64,000 nt of DNA from Terriglobia bacterium (lineage in GTDB: Bacteria; Acidobacteriota; Terriglobia; 2-12-FULL-54-10), in assembly GCA_963666975.2 (NCBI GenBank), contig CAXVYR010000004.1, positions 1,216,001-1,280,000 on the forward strand, read 5' to 3'. Both the position numbers and the translations under genes were made by a program. Position 1 is the first letter of the stretch, and the number at the start of each line of letters is the position of its first letter. This document shows positions 62,601 through 64,000 of this stretch, in pieces. The notes under the pieces were generated by a model. It saw only the letters and a program-made list of their open reading frames with translations, made no database searches and had not been told where the DNA came from.

Positions 62601-63979
62601 GGGACTTGGATGAGAGCGGCATCATTCGCATCGGCGCCGCGGTCACCCCGGGCGACGTGCTGGTGGGAAAGGTGACGCCGAAGGGCGAAACGCAGCTCAC
62701 CCCGGAGGAAAAACTGCTGCGCGCCATCTTCGGGGAAAAGGCGGGCGATGTCCGCGACGCTTCGCTCGTCTGCCCGCCGGGCATTGAGGGCACGGTGGTC
62801 GACGTGAAAATCTTCTCCCGCAAGGGCCAGGAAAAAGACGAGCGCGCCAAAAGTATTGAGGCCGGGCAGGTCCGGAGGCTCGAGAAAAATCTGGAATACC
62901 AGATCCAGATCCTCGATGACGAGCGGGTCAAACGCCTCTCAGCCATTTTGAGCGGAAAGGCGCTGCAAGCCGACCTGCATGACGAACGCACCAACAAACG
63001 GCTGCTCACCAAGGGGACGGTTCTCTCTCCGGAGACCATCCGTCACCTGAAAGCTCGCGACCTGAAACGGATGCGTCTGGAGGAGAAACGCGATCCGCGC
63101 TTGAACGAGCAGATCGACGAGATTGAGGAAATGACATCCCGCCAGATCGACGTGCTGCGCAAGATCACAGACGAGAAGGTGGGCAAGCTGAAAAAGGGAG
63201 ACGAACTCCCTCCCGGCGTGATCAAGCTGGTGAAGGTCTATATCGCTATGAAACGGAAGCTTTCGGTGGGCGACAAGATGGCCGGACGGCACGGAAACAA
63301 GGGCGTCATCGCCCGGATCCTTCCGCAGGAGGACATGCCGTACCTGCCCGACGGGACGCCCGTGGAGATTGTGCTGAACCCGCTCGGGGTGCCCTCGCGA
63401 ATGAACGTAGGGCAGATTCTGGAAACCCACCTGGGTTGGGCCGCCCGGGTCCTGGGGCTGCATTTTGCCTCCCCGGTCTTTGACGGCGCCACCGAACCCG
63501 AGATCAAGGAAATGCTCCAGCAGGCCGGCCTGCCGCTCTCCGGCAAAACCACTCTCTATGACGGCATGACCGGGGAGAAGTTCGAGCAACAGGTGACGGT
63601 CGGCTACATCTACATGCTGAAACTTTCGCACTTGGTCGACGACAAGATTCACGCGCGCTCCATCGGCCCTTATTCCTTGATTACGCAGCAACCGCTGGGA
63701 GGCAAGGCGCAATTCGGCGGGCAGCGCTTCGGAGAAATGGAGGTGTGGGCGCTGGAAGCATACGGGGCCGCCCACATTCTGCAAGAACTGCTGACGGCCA
63801 AATCCGACGATGTTTCCGGACGGGCCAAAATCTACGAAGCGATCGTGAAAGGCGAGGCGGCCGTGGAGCCCGGCATCCCGGAGTCGTTCAACGTGCTCAT
63901 CCGGGAACTGCAAAGCCTCTGTCTGGATGTCGAGTTGCTTAAGAAATCGAAAGACGTATTAGAAGCGGCCGCGGATTAA
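59687..63979 (+). CDS. rpoB: RNA polymerase beta subunit with N-terminal Cys-rich insertion
   Basis: [35 protein letters not shown]. Confidence 0.99.
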   Translation: MDQKVNGAERERIDFSKIRTPLKIPNLIEVQKQSYDQFLQMNLLPSEREDVGLRAVFNSIFPITDFRGVSQLDFVDYSIGNWECKCGNLKGLHHLRTPCRQCGAGIITSPYHTGEILCGKCGSPNRSQVDFCNKCGDPVDLQLKYDVAECQERGMTYAAPLKVTIRLTLYEKDPETGAKAIRDIKEQEVFFGEVPLMTENGTFIINGTERVIVSQLHRSPGAFFETAKQRTYFLGKIIPYRGSWVEFEYDAKNLLYVRIDRKRKFLGSIFLRALGLKNEEEILQKFYRSETIHLQNKKLYWEISEGLIGLKVSHHIVHPKTKEELVHAGRKITPSLYKDITKARVERVEVSPHDLEGAWLMADVVDMQSGEVLAEANNELSPALIERFIEAGIQQIRVTFPEREDVGIVLNQTLKKDSVKTSQEALIEIYRKLRPGDPPTLDTATNLFQGMFFDPRKYDFSRVGRMKFNIKLERDTSFDQRTLDMEDFCAVLRYLLQLRKNIGSVDDIDHLGNRRVRAVGELLENQFRIGLVRMERAIKEKMSVYQEMSTAMPHDLVNAKPAMAAIREFFGSSQLSQFMDQTNPLSEITHKRRLSALGPGGLSRERAGFEVRDVHPTHYGRICPIETPEGPNIGLISSLSCYARINEFGFIESPYRKVIKGRAVDYVTITHPGDTQLKTGDHMELSEWESVNQEIKSRHKKPAETEPHSFYLSAWEEDKHVIAQANVELDDRGRIIPDLVNTRQAGNFVLKQRDQVDYIDVSPKQLVSVAASLIPFLENDDANRALMGSNMQRQSVPLLQSEAPLVGTGMEKVAARDSGAVAICRRNGQVEKVDSERIIVRAAGEGEPGTMSAGIHADVYTLTKFKRSNQNTCINQRPIVREGDVVQKGQVLADGPCTDRGELALGRNVLVAFMPWRGYNFEDAILVSETMVKEDYFTSIHIEELDIESRDTKLGPEEITRDIPNVSESFLRDLDESGIIRIGAAVTPGDVLVGKVTPKGETQLTPEEKLLRAIFGEKAGDVRDASLVCPPGIEGTVVDVKIFSRKGQEKDERAKSIEAGQVRRLEKNLEYQIQILDDERVKRLSAILSGKALQADLHDERTNKRLLTKGTVLSPETIRHLKARDLKRMRLEEKRDPRLNEQIDEIEEMTSRQIDVLRKITDEKVGKLKKGDELPPGVIKLVKVYIAMKRKLSVGDKMAGRHGNKGVIARILPQEDMPYLPDGTPVEIVLNPLGVPSRMNVGQILETHLGWAARVLGLHFASPVFDGATEPEIKEMLQQAGLPLSGKTTLYDGMTGEKFEQQVTVGYIYMLKLSHLVDDKIHARSIGPYSLITQQPLGGKAQFGGQRFGEMEVWALEAYGAAHILQELLTAKSDDVSGRAKIYEAIVKGEAAVEPGIPESFNVLIRELQSLCLDVELLKKSKDVLEAAAD

Positions 63980-63997
63980 CCGCCGGCCCGCAGGAGA

Positions 63998-64000
63998 ATG
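63998..64000 (+). CDS. rpoC: Probable start codon of RNA polymerase beta' subunit
   Basis: AGGAG-A-ATG at the window end directly after rpoB; identity inferred from gene order only. Confidence 0.5.

Overview
GC-rich bacterial chromosomal window. Gene content points to Acidobacteriota (inference from the Cys-rich RpoB insert, orphan GvpL/F, DUF3467 and several typical hypothetical proteins). The backbone is housekeeping: rho 5' end, lon-clpX-clpP-tig, zinc-ribbon/rnhA, ppiD, pgi, ogt, PP2C/FHA, bcp, gatB, smc, xerC-trmFO, thiL, and four tRNAs-tuf-rpmG-tRNA-Trp-secE-nusG-rplKAJL-rpoB, ending at the probable rpoC start codon. Accessory patches are interspersed: a decaying island at about 15.1-24.1 kb (two amidohydrolases, a broken PAS hybrid kinase, a MITE, IS fragments, dif-like sites), a PhoD-like pseudogene, an intact IS1595-family element upstream of smc, a c-di-GMP cluster and an ECF sigma module. 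Main signals missed by the ORF track: (1) a BCP peroxiredoxin with an in-frame UGA at the catalytic Cys and a SECIS-like hairpin, probably a selenoprotein; (2) paired dif-like sites bracketing the kinase; (3) many 10-21 bp tandem microduplications across the window; (4) a GGDEF-histidine kinase-receiver fusion; (5) a duplicated face-to-face ECF/sigma70 promoter unit; (6) two ORFs without canonical start codons. All family assignments are from motif recognition by eye; no searches were run.
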